In this document: positions 1 through 8,215 of the stretch, one piece after another | Layout of the letters: each line of letters opens with the position of its first letter | Position numbering within the stretch: the first letter of the stretch is position 1 | DNA from: an uncultured Desulfovibrionaceae bacterium | GTDB taxonomy: Bacteria > Desulfobacterota > Desulfovibrionia > Desulfovibrionales > Desulfovibrionaceae | DNA: 64,000 bases | Direction: 5' to 3' | Assembly (NCBI GenBank): GCA_964370835.1 | Contig: CAYJLO010000005.1 | Coordinates: forward strand, 3,643-67,642 | Notes under the pieces: generated by a model | The model's database searches: none | What the model was told of the DNA's origin: nothing | What the model saw: the letters and a program-made list of their open reading frames with translations, nothing else | Made by a program: the position numbers and the translations under genes

Positions 1-3000
1 TCAGCGACCCTTGAAGCCAATGGCCTTGACGTGCAAGGGCAAAATGGTGAGTTCGGCGGCGATAGGACTAAATTGATCAACCATGGTGAAGTTAATGTTA
101 ACGGCGGTAAAATTCAAGTATCCGGCGGTAATGCTGGTTTGAATGTTGACGTCAATACAACAGGTGGCGCAGGGGAAGCTACTGTTTCCTACGCTAACAA
201 TGTGGAAAAAATTGAAGTGACCGGTGGTAATGGCTTCATGGATGCTGTTGGTGAAGAAGCCGGCGGCAGCGCTACTCTTAGTGTTGGTGACGGTTCCGCA
301 GGTGAAATCATCATCACAGGTGGTAATGCAGCCGCTGATGGCACAACCAATGCTTCTGCAGGTGGTGCTGCTACTTTGACTTTAGATTCTACTGACTCAG
401 ATAAAAAATTTAAAGCTTCCAGCATTACGCTTAAGAGCGGTGCAGAGGGTGCTGACCCTGCTGCCAAAGGCGGCGTGGCCACATTAGAAGTAGGTAACAA
501 CGGTGTTGAGACCGATAGCTTCACGTTAAATGACGGTGCCGTAAATCTGTATGGTACCTTCAGAATTAATGCAGAGAGTTTCAGCATTGCTGATGAAAGT
601 CTTGTAGGCGGTGTTGCTGCCGCAAGTCAAATTGGCTTTACTGGCGGTAAATTGAATATCAGCGAAAGCATCACTGTGACTACTGGTGCTAATGATGTGG
701 TGGATTTTGCTGAGGAAGTACGTATAGATAGCTACAAGGTTAACCTGGGCGCAGACGGTACAAGCGATGCCGAACTAGCCATAGGCGCAAAAATCTATGC
801 CCATGCGCAATTAAATGCAGGCACAATCAATACCGCCGCTAGTAGTGCAGTTGAACTTGGTAATGATAAATATGCTGCTTCCGCCGGCAACAAGGGCTCC
901 TTAAATGCTAGCCTCGCCGGTAGAGGCACTGTAAGCTTTGAAGGCGGCGCTTGGACTGTAGCCGATGGTAAAAGCATCAATTTGGACAGTTCCTTGACCG
1001 TAGGCGCTGCAGCAAGCCTTGACGTGAGCAACCTTGCGCATGATGCTGATCCTTCCAAAGATGCGTTTAAAGTTGGTGACGCATTCAGCAACGCTGGTAC
1101 GCTTACCATCAATGCCGCTGAAATGGGTGTAACCGACGCTGATGTTACAAAACTTGCAGCTAATGTTGCCGCGGTAAATGCACCGCTTAACAACTCCGGT
1201 ACTCTTGTGCTTAAAGGCATGACCGGTAGTCTGGATTTAGCAGGCATGCAAACCGCCCTTGGTTACTTAGATTCTGCTGTGACCAATAATGGCTTTGTAA
1301 CCTTTGATGGCGTTACCGTGGCTGTGGATCAAGCAACAGATAAGCTACAAGATGCCGCCGGTATTGCTGGCCTTGAGGGGTATACCCTTGAAACTGACGG
1401 TGCTACTCCGTTAACAGGTAATACCAAAGTAGGCGCTGTTAGTGGTCTTGCTATTAATCCCTTAGATCTTGACGGTAGCACTCTCGAGCTGGTGGGCGTT
1501 GATGGCGCCTTAGCCGATGGCGAAATTGATGTTGATGGTGGAACATTAACCACAGGCACAGGTACTCTTGCTGGTGATATTACCGCCACTGGTGATAGAG
1601 GAACCTTAAATGTTAAGGGCGCCACTGTGGCTCAGGCTGTTACAGTAGGTACAGCTAATGTTAATACAGGCGCCAGCTTGGTCGGTAAATTCTTAGTGTC
1701 CAAAAGTGATGTTACTATTGCTGGCTCCGCCACCTTCACCGATGTTGCCGGTGTGGAGACGCAGTTACTCACAGTTACTGACAAAGGGAGCCTGACAACC
1801 ACAAAACTGGTTGCCAATCTCGATACTGACATTGCTGGCGCAGTGAAAGCTTCCGATGCTGTAACAGTTGTTACTGGTAACCTTAGTGTAAACCAAGGTG
1901 GTAGCTTAGAAGCCAAGAGTGCTACAGTTGCTGCTGGTAATGCAGATATCTTTGGGACAGTGAAAATTACGGATGCCTTTACTGCTGATGGTGTTGTGAC
2001 CGTTGGTAACCATGATAAAACAGGTATTCTTTCTGCTGGTGAAGTAGCTGGTAAATTCTTTGCCGACCCTGCATGGGATACCGGTTTAGAAGCTGCCACC
2101 ATAGCTACAGGTAAACTTACTGCCGGCGCTACTGCGCTCTTGACAGCTGGTCAAAATTCCACCGTTGCTGTGGGTACCACAGATACCATGTGGGTGCAAA
2201 ACAGCATGAAGAAAGCCGGTCTTAGCTTGAGCGAAACTGGCATCACTGCCGCTTTTGGTATTACCGGTGCGCCTTTAGTGTTAGAGGCTGGTAATCACGG
2301 CATCAAAGTAGATGGTTCTTTGAGCAATTATGACCCTGCCACTGCTGCCGTCGCTGATACCGCCAACTTCGCCGCTAACTCCCTCTTGGTGGTGGACGCA
2401 GGCATAGCCAGCGGTACAGACTTCGCCTTGAAGGGTGCTACCATCAATGTTGCTGATTCTGCTAAATTGCTCATAAGCGATGTGACCTTGAGCAATGGCG
2501 TCGCCACTGTAAACGTAGCCGATGCCGAAGCCGGCGCCTTGGCGCAAACTGCAGACAAGGGCTGGGCCGGTGATGGTAATATCCATTTTGACAGCGTGTT
2601 TTTGCAAGGTACGCTCGATGCTGCTGCGCTTACCAAGAATCAAGCCGTGGTGAACGTAAGTCAAGTAAAAGCTAACACCTTGTTCCCACGCATGGATACA
2701 GGTTTGGCCGGACTCATTGACACCGGTATTGTTGCCAATGTGGACTCTCGCGGCATGACCTTTGTTAAGGAAGTGGCTAGCCTCAATACCAGCGCTGAAG
2801 AAAGAGCAGAAACCATGGAAGGCGCTGCTCAAATGGGCGCTGTGGCCGGTATTGCCGCCACCTCCATGAGCGTGGCCAAAGCCGGTGTTAATGCTGCCAC
2901 ATTGCGTAACACCTCTGCTGGTGCCAACGTGAAGGGGCAAGAAGTTGCTTCTCTTACTTTGAATGAAGAAGGCGTTTCTGCCGGTTCTGCCAGTTCTGGT

Positions 3001-3852
3001 ATGAAAAACGGCATTGGCATTTGGCTTAGCCCCTTATATAAGTGGACCAATGTAAGCGGTGCTGACGCCGGTAGCTTTGATAGCGGTTACAATGCCGGTT
3101 TTGGTGGTATCGCCTTTGGTACAGATTATACCTTTAGCGATGCTTTCCGCGTGGGTGTTGCCTTAAACCTTGGTGCCGGTTACACCGAGTCCAGTGGTAG
3201 TTTTAACAATACCACTTCAGACTTCGACTTCTGGGGTCTGAGCTTATACGGCGCATACATGAAGGATAACTTCACCGTCATGCTCGACGCTGGCTACACA
3301 GGTGTATACAGCAACGTAGACCAAGACATGCCTTTAGGCGTCAGCACCGGTAATCTCGAAGCCGATGTAAACTCCGACGTATGGACTGTGGGGCTTACTG
3401 CAGAATATGTATGGAAAACATCTGCTCTTGATATCACCCCTCATGTGGGTGTTCGCTTCATGAGCGTATCCACACGTGGTTATGATGTGGAAGGCAGTGG
3501 CGGTGACGTGTTCAGCGTAGACCAAGACGTACAAAATGTATGGTACTTCCCCGTGGGCGTCACCTTGAGCAAAGACGTGGCCATGAAGAGTGGCTGGTTC
3601 TTTACACCTAAATTAGATGTGGGCTTCATTGCCGCCGCTGGCGACTTGGAAGCTACCTCTAGCACAAGCCTTGTGGGTGTAAACGGTTCCACCGACCTCA
3701 CCATGAAAAACGTAGACGGTTTTGCCTTTAATGGCGGCGTAGGCTTTGATATTGGTAATGAAAACCTTACCTTGGGTGTGAATTACAATATCTTAGCTTC
3801 TGAGCACGAAACCGATCACATGATCTTCGGTACTTTCCGTTACGACTTCTAA
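1..3852 (+). CDS. Autotransporter (type Va) outer-membrane protein, 5'-truncated by the window edge
   Basis: Frame 1 is open from nt 1, with no stop before the GTG at 31, so the gene probably starts upstream. The passenger is Gly/Ala/Thr/Asn-rich with repeated beta-helix-like GG(N/D)... and GTL..G segments. The last ~280 aa show an alternating aromatic/Gly beta-strand pattern and end in FGTFRYDF, a typical aromatic terminus of an OM beta-barrel. Confidence 0.85.
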   Translation, partial: SATLEANGLDVQGQNGEFGGDRTKLINHGEVNVNGGKIQVSGGNAGLNVDVNTTGGAGEATVSYANNVEKIEVTGGNGFMDAVGEEAGGSATLSVGDGSAGEIIITGGNAAADGTTNASAGGAATLTLDSTDSDKKFKASSITLKSGAEGADPAAKGGVATLEVGNNGVETDSFTLNDGAVNLYGTFRINAESFSIADESLVGGVAAASQIGFTGGKLNISESITVTTGANDVVDFAEEVRIDSYKVNLGADGTSDAELAIGAKIYAHAQLNAGTINTAASSAVELGNDKYAASAGNKGSLNASLAGRGTVSFEGGAWTVADGKSINLDSSLTVGAAASLDVSNLAHDADPSKDAFKVGDAFSNAGTLTINAAEMGVTDADVTKLAANVAAVNAPLNNSGTLVLKGMTGSLDLAGMQTALGYLDSAVTNNGFVTFDGVTVAVDQATDKLQDAAGIAGLEGYTLETDGATPLTGNTKVGAVSGLAINPLDLDGSTLELVGVDGALADGEIDVDGGTLTTGTGTLAGDITATGDRGTLNVKGATVAQAVTVGTANVNTGASLVGKFLVSKSDVTIAGSATFTDVAGVETQLLTVTDKGSLTTTKLVANLDTDIAGAVKASDAVTVVTGNLSVNQGGSLEAKSATVAAGNADIFGTVKITDAFTADGVVTVGNHDKTGILSAGEVAGKFFADPAWDTGLEAATIATGKLTAGATALLTAGQNSTVAVGTTDTMWVQNSMKKAGLSLSETGITAAFGITGAPLVLEAGNHGIKVDGSLSNYDPATAAVADTANFAANSLLVVDAGIASGTDFALKGATINVADSAKLLISDVTLSNGVATVNVADAEAGALAQTADKGWAGDGNIHFDSVFLQGTLDAAALTKNQAVVNVSQVKANTLFPRMDTGLAGLIDTGIVANVDSRGMTFVKEVASLNTSAEERAETMEGAAQMGAVAGIAATSMSVAKAGVNAATLRNTSAGANVKGQEVASLTLNEEGVSAGSASSGMKNGIGIWLSPLYKWTNVSGADAGSFDSGYNAGFGGIAFGTDYTFSDAFRVGVALNLGAGYTESSGSFNNTTSDFDFWGLSLYGAYMKDNFTVMLDAGYTGVYSNVDQDMPLGVSTGNLEADVNSDVWTVGLTAEYVWKTSALDITPHVGVRFMSVSTRGYDVEGSGGDVFSVDQDVQNVWYFPVGVTLSKDVAMKSGWFFTPKLDVGFIAAAGDLEATSSTSLVGVNGSTDLTMKNVDGFAFNGGVGFDIGNENLTLGVNYNILASEHETDHMIFGTFRYDF

Positions 3853-3862
3853 CAACGTATAC

Positions 3863-3898
3863 CACAAAGCTTTTGGGTTTAGGCTCAAGAGCTTTGTG
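3863..3898 (+). terminator. Hairpin downstream of the autotransporter gene (possible terminator)
   Basis: CACAAAGC (3863-3870) pairs with GCTTTGTG (3891-3898), and the stem extends inward with one mismatch. No clear U-tract follows, so the call is weak. Confidence 0.35.
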
Positions 3899-4077
3899 CA
3901 AAATACATTGCTAAAAGTAGCAAGGCTACAACAAATGACGTAAGCAACATTTCTTGAAAATACATGCGTATTCATAAGAGATGCTATGCGGGGTCGTTGT
4001 TATGGCTTTGCTACTTTATTATGTATTTCCTCGTGCCAGAGTAAGCACGCAAAATTTTCATTGTAGAAGGGCATATT

Positions 4078-4689
4078 ATGCAAGGAATACTAAAAATTGT
4101 TTTGGCTCTAGTAATAGTTTTAGGGGGGGTATTTGTTGGGATGCAGATAGTGCCCAAGCAAGCCATAATGGATGTAAACACTATTATTGCCAGTGGCCCT
4201 CATGCGAAAGTTGCAGTAAAGCAAATACAAGAAGCACAAGAAATATATCAATATAATTTATCTGTCATTGAAAAGAAACTCGCTTCTTATGAAAACAAAG
4301 CTCAAGCCAGAGCCTACCTTATCGAAGCCGCGCGCCAATTACAAACACAGCTCAATACTTCAAAGCTTTTAGTGCAACAAGTTTTGCTCAATGCGCTTAA
4401 TGAAGTGTTGGAACAGCAAAAGCAAGAATATGATTTTATAGTGAAAAAAGACGGTGTTATCTATTTAAATAAGGAATCTTTTTTAAGTATATTAGCTGCA
4501 GCACCTAAAGATATAACGGCAGAGGCTCAAGAGCTCTACAATAAAACAAATGTCATATATCCTACCATGCCTAAAGTTGTGGAATATCCCAATTTGCCAG
4601 CAGATTTAGGGGCAGATGTAGCTTTTCCTCCTAAGGCAAAAGAAGCACAAGAGCCTAAAAAAGAAAATTCTAAGCTCAATAAGAAATAG
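4078..4689 (+). CDS. Membrane-anchored coiled-coil protein, Skp/OmpH-like (tentative)
   Basis: An N-terminal hydrophobic helix (ILKIVLALVIVLGGVFVGMQIV) is followed by a long Q/E/K/A-rich helical region and a Lys/Pro-rich tail. A GAAGGG RBS-like sequence lies before the ATG. The Skp-like call rests on composition and the neighbouring autotransporter only. Confidence 0.5.
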   Translation: MQGILKIVLALVIVLGGVFVGMQIVPKQAIMDVNTIIASGPHAKVAVKQIQEAQEIYQYNLSVIEKKLASYENKAQARAYLIEAARQLQTQLNTSKLLVQQVLLNALNEVLEQQKQEYDFIVKKDGVIYLNKESFLSILAAAPKDITAEAQELYNKTNVIYPTMPKVVEYPNLPADLGADVAFPPKAKEAQEPKKENSKLNKK

Positions 4690-4700
4690 GAAAAGTAAAA

Positions 4701-6257
4701 ATGAATACTACATTTGACGGATATGTTGTTGATATACCCTATGAGGCGCATTTTTTTCGCGATATTACACCTGCACATATAGAATCTGTGTTGGCTTTTT
4801 GTGGTGTATCACTACCCAAACGTAAAGAAGGCGAACCTCTTCGCTATCTGGAATTAGGCTACGGCCAAGGCATGAGTTTAAATATTCATGCGGCCACCTG
4901 CCAAGGGGAATTTTGGGGAACGGATTTTAATCCTGATCACTGCCTTGCTGCCCGTACTTTGGCTGATAAATCCGGTGTTCAATGCCATATTTTAAATGAT
5001 TCCTTTGAAGAAATATTAACAAAATCAAAAAATGGAACTTTACCGCAATTTGATATTATTAGCTTACACGGTGTATGGTCTTGGATTACAGAGGAAAACC
5101 GTGAAGAAATTTTAAAGATTATCTCCTCCAACTTGAAAGTAGGAGGAGCGGTATATGTGAGCTATAATTGTATGCCGGGCTGGGCAGATTTTGCGCCCAT
5201 GCGCGAACTTTTACTGTATCATGCCAAAACCATTAACGCCGCTAAAGGCTCTGTTTCGCAAGTGCAAGAAGCCTATGGTTTTATTTCTCAGCTTGAAAAG
5301 AGTAACGCGCTTTATTTTCAGAGAAATTCTAACGCTACGGCGAAATTTAAATCTCTTGCGGATAAAAGCGTATCCTATGTGGCCCATGAATATTTGAATG
5401 AAAGTTGGTATGTGCCGTATTTCAAAGATGTGGCCTCTGATTTTGCCAAGGCTAAATGCCATTTTGTATCCTCATCTCGTTTGCTAAATCAACTGAGGAT
5501 TTCTGTACCGGCCCCCATACAAGAAATGTTGGCAGGCATAGATGATGTCGTCTTGCGTGAAACGGTACGTGACTTTGCACTGAATACGCAATTCCGTTCT
5601 GATATTTTCATAAAGGGCACCAACTACACTACGGAAGAAGAAAGCCAGCATAGGGATAAAGACATGGCTTTTGCTCTGTGCGTGCCTCAAGAGACTGTTA
5701 CTTATGAAATCACTGTAGCTAGCGGTCAGCTGCAATTAAAAGAAGATGTGTGTAAGCCCTTAGTAGAGTTTATAGCTTCTAACAAGTATATGCCTAAAAG
5801 TATGGATGACATTAAAGAGGCGCTGCCTCATCTGGAAGCCGCCGCCATTAGAGAAGCTCTTTGCATTCTTTTTGCGGCTAATGTGCTTCACCCAGCTAAG
5901 ACTATGGATAAAATTCAAGCAGAGCAACGCACCATGGCCAAAAAACTCAATGCCCACATTTGCCAAACGGCCCTTGCAGGTGCCAATGTTTTTGTCTTAG
6001 CCTCTCCCATGCTTGAAGGGGGCGTTGCCGTAGCCCCTATGGAAATGTTTTTCTTACTTGCCACCAAGGAAGGCGCCAAAAACAAGACAGAGAAAGTGAC
6101 GTGGGTACAAAATGCTTTGCAAAATCTTGGTAAAAATTTGCAAAAAGAAGGGGTAGAGCTTTCTGAAAAAGAAAGCCTTGCTGAACTGCAAGAAGTTTAT
6201 GAAAACTTTGAAGAGCACCGTTTCCCCTTTTTACAAGCACTCTGCGTAGAGGTCTAA
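4701..6257 (+). CDS. Class I SAM-dependent methyltransferase with a large C-terminal (regulatory-type) domain
   Basis: SAM-binding motif I LELGYGQGMSL, followed by DFNPD and a hydrophobic post-I strand. About 300 aa of extra C-terminal domain, as in the methyltransferase-regulatory-domain family. An AGGAAAAG RBS-like sequence precedes the ATG. Confidence 0.7.
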   Translation: MNTTFDGYVVDIPYEAHFFRDITPAHIESVLAFCGVSLPKRKEGEPLRYLELGYGQGMSLNIHAATCQGEFWGTDFNPDHCLAARTLADKSGVQCHILNDSFEEILTKSKNGTLPQFDIISLHGVWSWITEENREEILKIISSNLKVGGAVYVSYNCMPGWADFAPMRELLLYHAKTINAAKGSVSQVQEAYGFISQLEKSNALYFQRNSNATAKFKSLADKSVSYVAHEYLNESWYVPYFKDVASDFAKAKCHFVSSSRLLNQLRISVPAPIQEMLAGIDDVVLRETVRDFALNTQFRSDIFIKGTNYTTEEESQHRDKDMAFALCVPQETVTYEITVASGQLQLKEDVCKPLVEFIASNKYMPKSMDDIKEALPHLEAAAIREALCILFAANVLHPAKTMDKIQAEQRTMAKKLNAHICQTALAGANVFVLASPMLEGGVAVAPMEMFFLLATKEGAKNKTEKVTWVQNALQNLGKNLQKEGVELSEKESLAELQEVYENFEEHRFPFLQALCVEV

Positions 6258-6299
6258 AATTATACAGTTTTACAGTTCAATAGCTGAATAAGCTTTGTG

Positions 6300-6350
6300 G
6301 CGCCATGGTGGTACTTTTTGTAATAAAAGTTATATCATGGCGCTTTTTTT
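6300..6350 (+). terminator. Rho-independent terminator candidate after the methyltransferase gene
   Basis: GCGCCATG (6300-6307) pairs with CATGGCGC (6336-6343) and is followed by T7 (6344-6350). The loop is long (~28 nt). Confidence 0.5.
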
Positions 6351-6405
6351 AATTTCCTGCGCAATTCAAGCAAGTATGATACGTTAAGATATTTTTTCTT
6401 GTCTT

Positions 6406-7050
6406 TTATGGGCGTTGTTCATGAATATGCTCACAAATGCAATCACGCGATGTTAATAAGTGTTTTCGTAAAACATGTTCAGCTTTGTCAAAATTTTTCT
6501 GTAAAATATGATCTATAATGAGTAAGTGATCAGCAATACTTTCATCATAGGCTATATCAAAGAGCACAGAGTGAAAACTCATGGTGCAATATGAAGCTCT
6601 TAGGTGCTGGCGAGTAATATAGGCATTATCCATGGCTTGCACTAAGGGATAATGGGGATTTGTTTCATCTGAAACCGCATAGTCAATATCGCCTTTACTC
6701 AGCTTCAAAATGTTTTCGCGAATTTTATATAATATAGCTTCAGGAAGCGCCTGTGGATTTTGTCGCAAAAAATTCAGCGCAGCGCTTTCCATTAGAATGC
6801 GAAAGTCAAAAATATCATTGAGTTCTTTTGTGGTAAAGCTTCGAACATAGACGCCTTTATTTGCTGTAGCCACAAGTAGTTCTTCCGCTACCAATTGCTT
6901 TAAGACTTCGCGTATGGGCGAACGACTTACTTGCAAATCTTCTGCAAGCACAAGTTCTTGTAAATGTGTACCATGTTTGTACGTACCATTGGCAATACGC
7001 AATTTTATAATATTATATACCTGATCTCGAATGGTAATAATTTTATTCAT
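6406..7050 (-). CDS. GntR-family transcriptional regulator (FadR/FCD-type C-terminal domain)
   Basis: N-terminal winged-HTH signature (LQELVLAEDLQVSRSPIREVLKQLVAEELL) and an all-helical ~140-aa C-terminal effector domain. Transcribed divergently from the GRE activase gene. Confidence 0.85.
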   Translation of the reverse strand: MNKIITIRDQVYNIIKLRIANGTYKHGTHLQELVLAEDLQVSRSPIREVLKQLVAEELLVATANKGVYVRSFTTKELNDIFDFRILMESAALNFLRQNPQALPEAILYKIRENILKLSKGDIDYAVSDETNPHYPLVQAMDNAYITRQHLRASYCTMSFHSVLFDIAYDESIADHLLIIDHILQKNFDKAEHVLRKHLLTSRDCICEHIHEQRP

Positions 7051-7196
7051 ACACTTTTGACTCCCATATCTGTAAAAAGCACGCGTAAGTCAAAATATTA
7101 TCCAATAATAACAAAGGCGTCAAGGATTAGAGGTGTTTTTGTGCTTAGCATGGCACAAGAAAATACAATATGGTGAAATAAAACCACCTTGACATT

Positions 7197-7238
7197 GCAT
7201 CATGTATACAATAGGCATATGACATGTATACATGATGC
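7197..7238. promoter_or_regulatory. Candidate GntR operator: perfect 14-bp inverted repeat containing two ATGTATACAT palindromes
   Basis: GCATCATGTATACA (7197-7210) and TGTATACATGATGC (7225-7238) are exact reverse complements separated by 14 nt. Each arm contains the self-complementary TGTATACA, which fits the GT-Nx-AC core typical of GntR-family operators. A perfect TTGACA lies at 7189-7194, and the activase ATG is at 7255. Confidence 0.5.
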
Positions 7239-7254
7239 ATTAAGGAATTGTTGT

Positions 7255-8157
7255 ATGAAAAAAAGTCTTATCAGTAATGTACAACGTTTTTCCTTGGACG
7301 ATGGTCCAGGAATACGCACCACAGTCTTTTTTAAAGGTTGCAATCTTGGGTGTTTATGGTGCCATAATCCCGAATGCATATCTCCTTTACCTTCTCTACA
7401 CGTGGAAAGCACATCTTGTATTCACTGCGGACGATGTAGCAATGCATGCCCTGAAAAAGCTCACCAATTCATTGAAAATACCCACTCATTGCTTCGAGAG
7501 CGTTGTACAGCTTGCGGCACATGCGCCACTGTCTGTCCATCAAAAGCGCTTAAAATTGTGGGTAAACATTATGAAGCAGAAATCCTTGTTAAAGAAATAT
7601 TGAAAGATAACGTATACTACAGAAATTCTGGTGGGGGCGTTACTTTTTCGGGAGGAGAGCCAGCGCTCTTTTTTAAAGATATTATTCCGGTGGCAGAGCT
7701 TTGCAAAAAGGCTGGTCTGCATATAGCACTAGATACTGCCGGCAATGTTCCTTTTGCAAATTATGAAGCATTATTCCCCTTAGTTGATGTTTTTTTGTAT
7801 GATATTAAATGCTTTACAAGTGATTTGCATCATGTTTGGACAGGGGTGTGTAATTCGCGCATTTTAGAAAATTTACAAAAACTTGATGCACATAAGGCCC
7901 CTTACATCATTCGTATTCCCACAATCCCCCATTTTAATACTTCCTTACAAGAACAAGAGCGCATGGCGGATTTTTTAACGTCACTCAAAAACATCTCGCT
8001 TATTGAACTTCTTCCTTATCACAACTTTGGACTTGCCAAGTATGAAAAGTACGGCTTGAAAAATGCTTTACCCGCAAGCACAAGTCCTGATGAAAAACTT
8101 ATGCAGTCCATCCTACAACTATATATAGAAAAAGAACTTCCAGCCTGCATTCGCTAG
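7255..8157 (+). CDS. Glycyl-radical enzyme activating enzyme (radical SAM)
   Basis: N-terminus SNVQRFSLDDGPGIRTTVFFKGCNLGCLWCHNPE contains the CX3CX2C radical-SAM cluster motif typical of PFL-activase-type proteins. Two ferredoxin-like clusters follow (CIHCGRCSNACP, CTACGTCATVCP). I prefer the ATG at 7255 over the ORF-track start at 7189, which lies inside the operator/promoter region. Confidence 0.9.
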   Translation: MKKSLISNVQRFSLDDGPGIRTTVFFKGCNLGCLWCHNPECISPLPSLHVESTSCIHCGRCSNACPEKAHQFIENTHSLLRERCTACGTCATVCPSKALKIVGKHYEAEILVKEILKDNVYYRNSGGGVTFSGGEPALFFKDIIPVAELCKKAGLHIALDTAGNVPFANYEALFPLVDVFLYDIKCFTSDLHHVWTGVCNSRILENLQKLDAHKAPYIIRIPTIPHFNTSLQEQERMADFLTSLKNISLIELLPYHNFGLAKYEKYGLKNALPASTSPDEKLMQSILQLYIEKELPACIR

Positions 8158-8215
8158 GAGCAGCAGAAGAGACATTATTAACCCGGCTTACTGCCTAAAT
8201 CCAGGGAGCATTTTC

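Noticed and set aside
189-3975. Multiple 60-219-aa ORFs antisense to or out of frame with the autotransporter gene (e.g. 189..587, 795..1247, 1632..2102, 2281..2940).
   Set aside because: They lie entirely inside a long, well-supported CDS. Their Ala/Pro/Ser/Leu-rich low-complexity translations are typical of shadow frames of a repetitive gene, and none has an RBS or recognisable motifs.
3981-4256. 91-aa ORF overlapping the start of the Skp-like gene.
   Set aside because: It is Cys/Arg-rich with implausible composition, and it overlaps the better-supported 4078..4689 frame, which has a TM helix and an RBS.
7189-7254. N-terminal extension of the GRE activase proposed by the ORF track (start at 7189).
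   Set aside because: The extension would be translated from the TTGACA box and inverted-repeat operator region. The conserved activase N-terminus begins right after the ATG at 7255.
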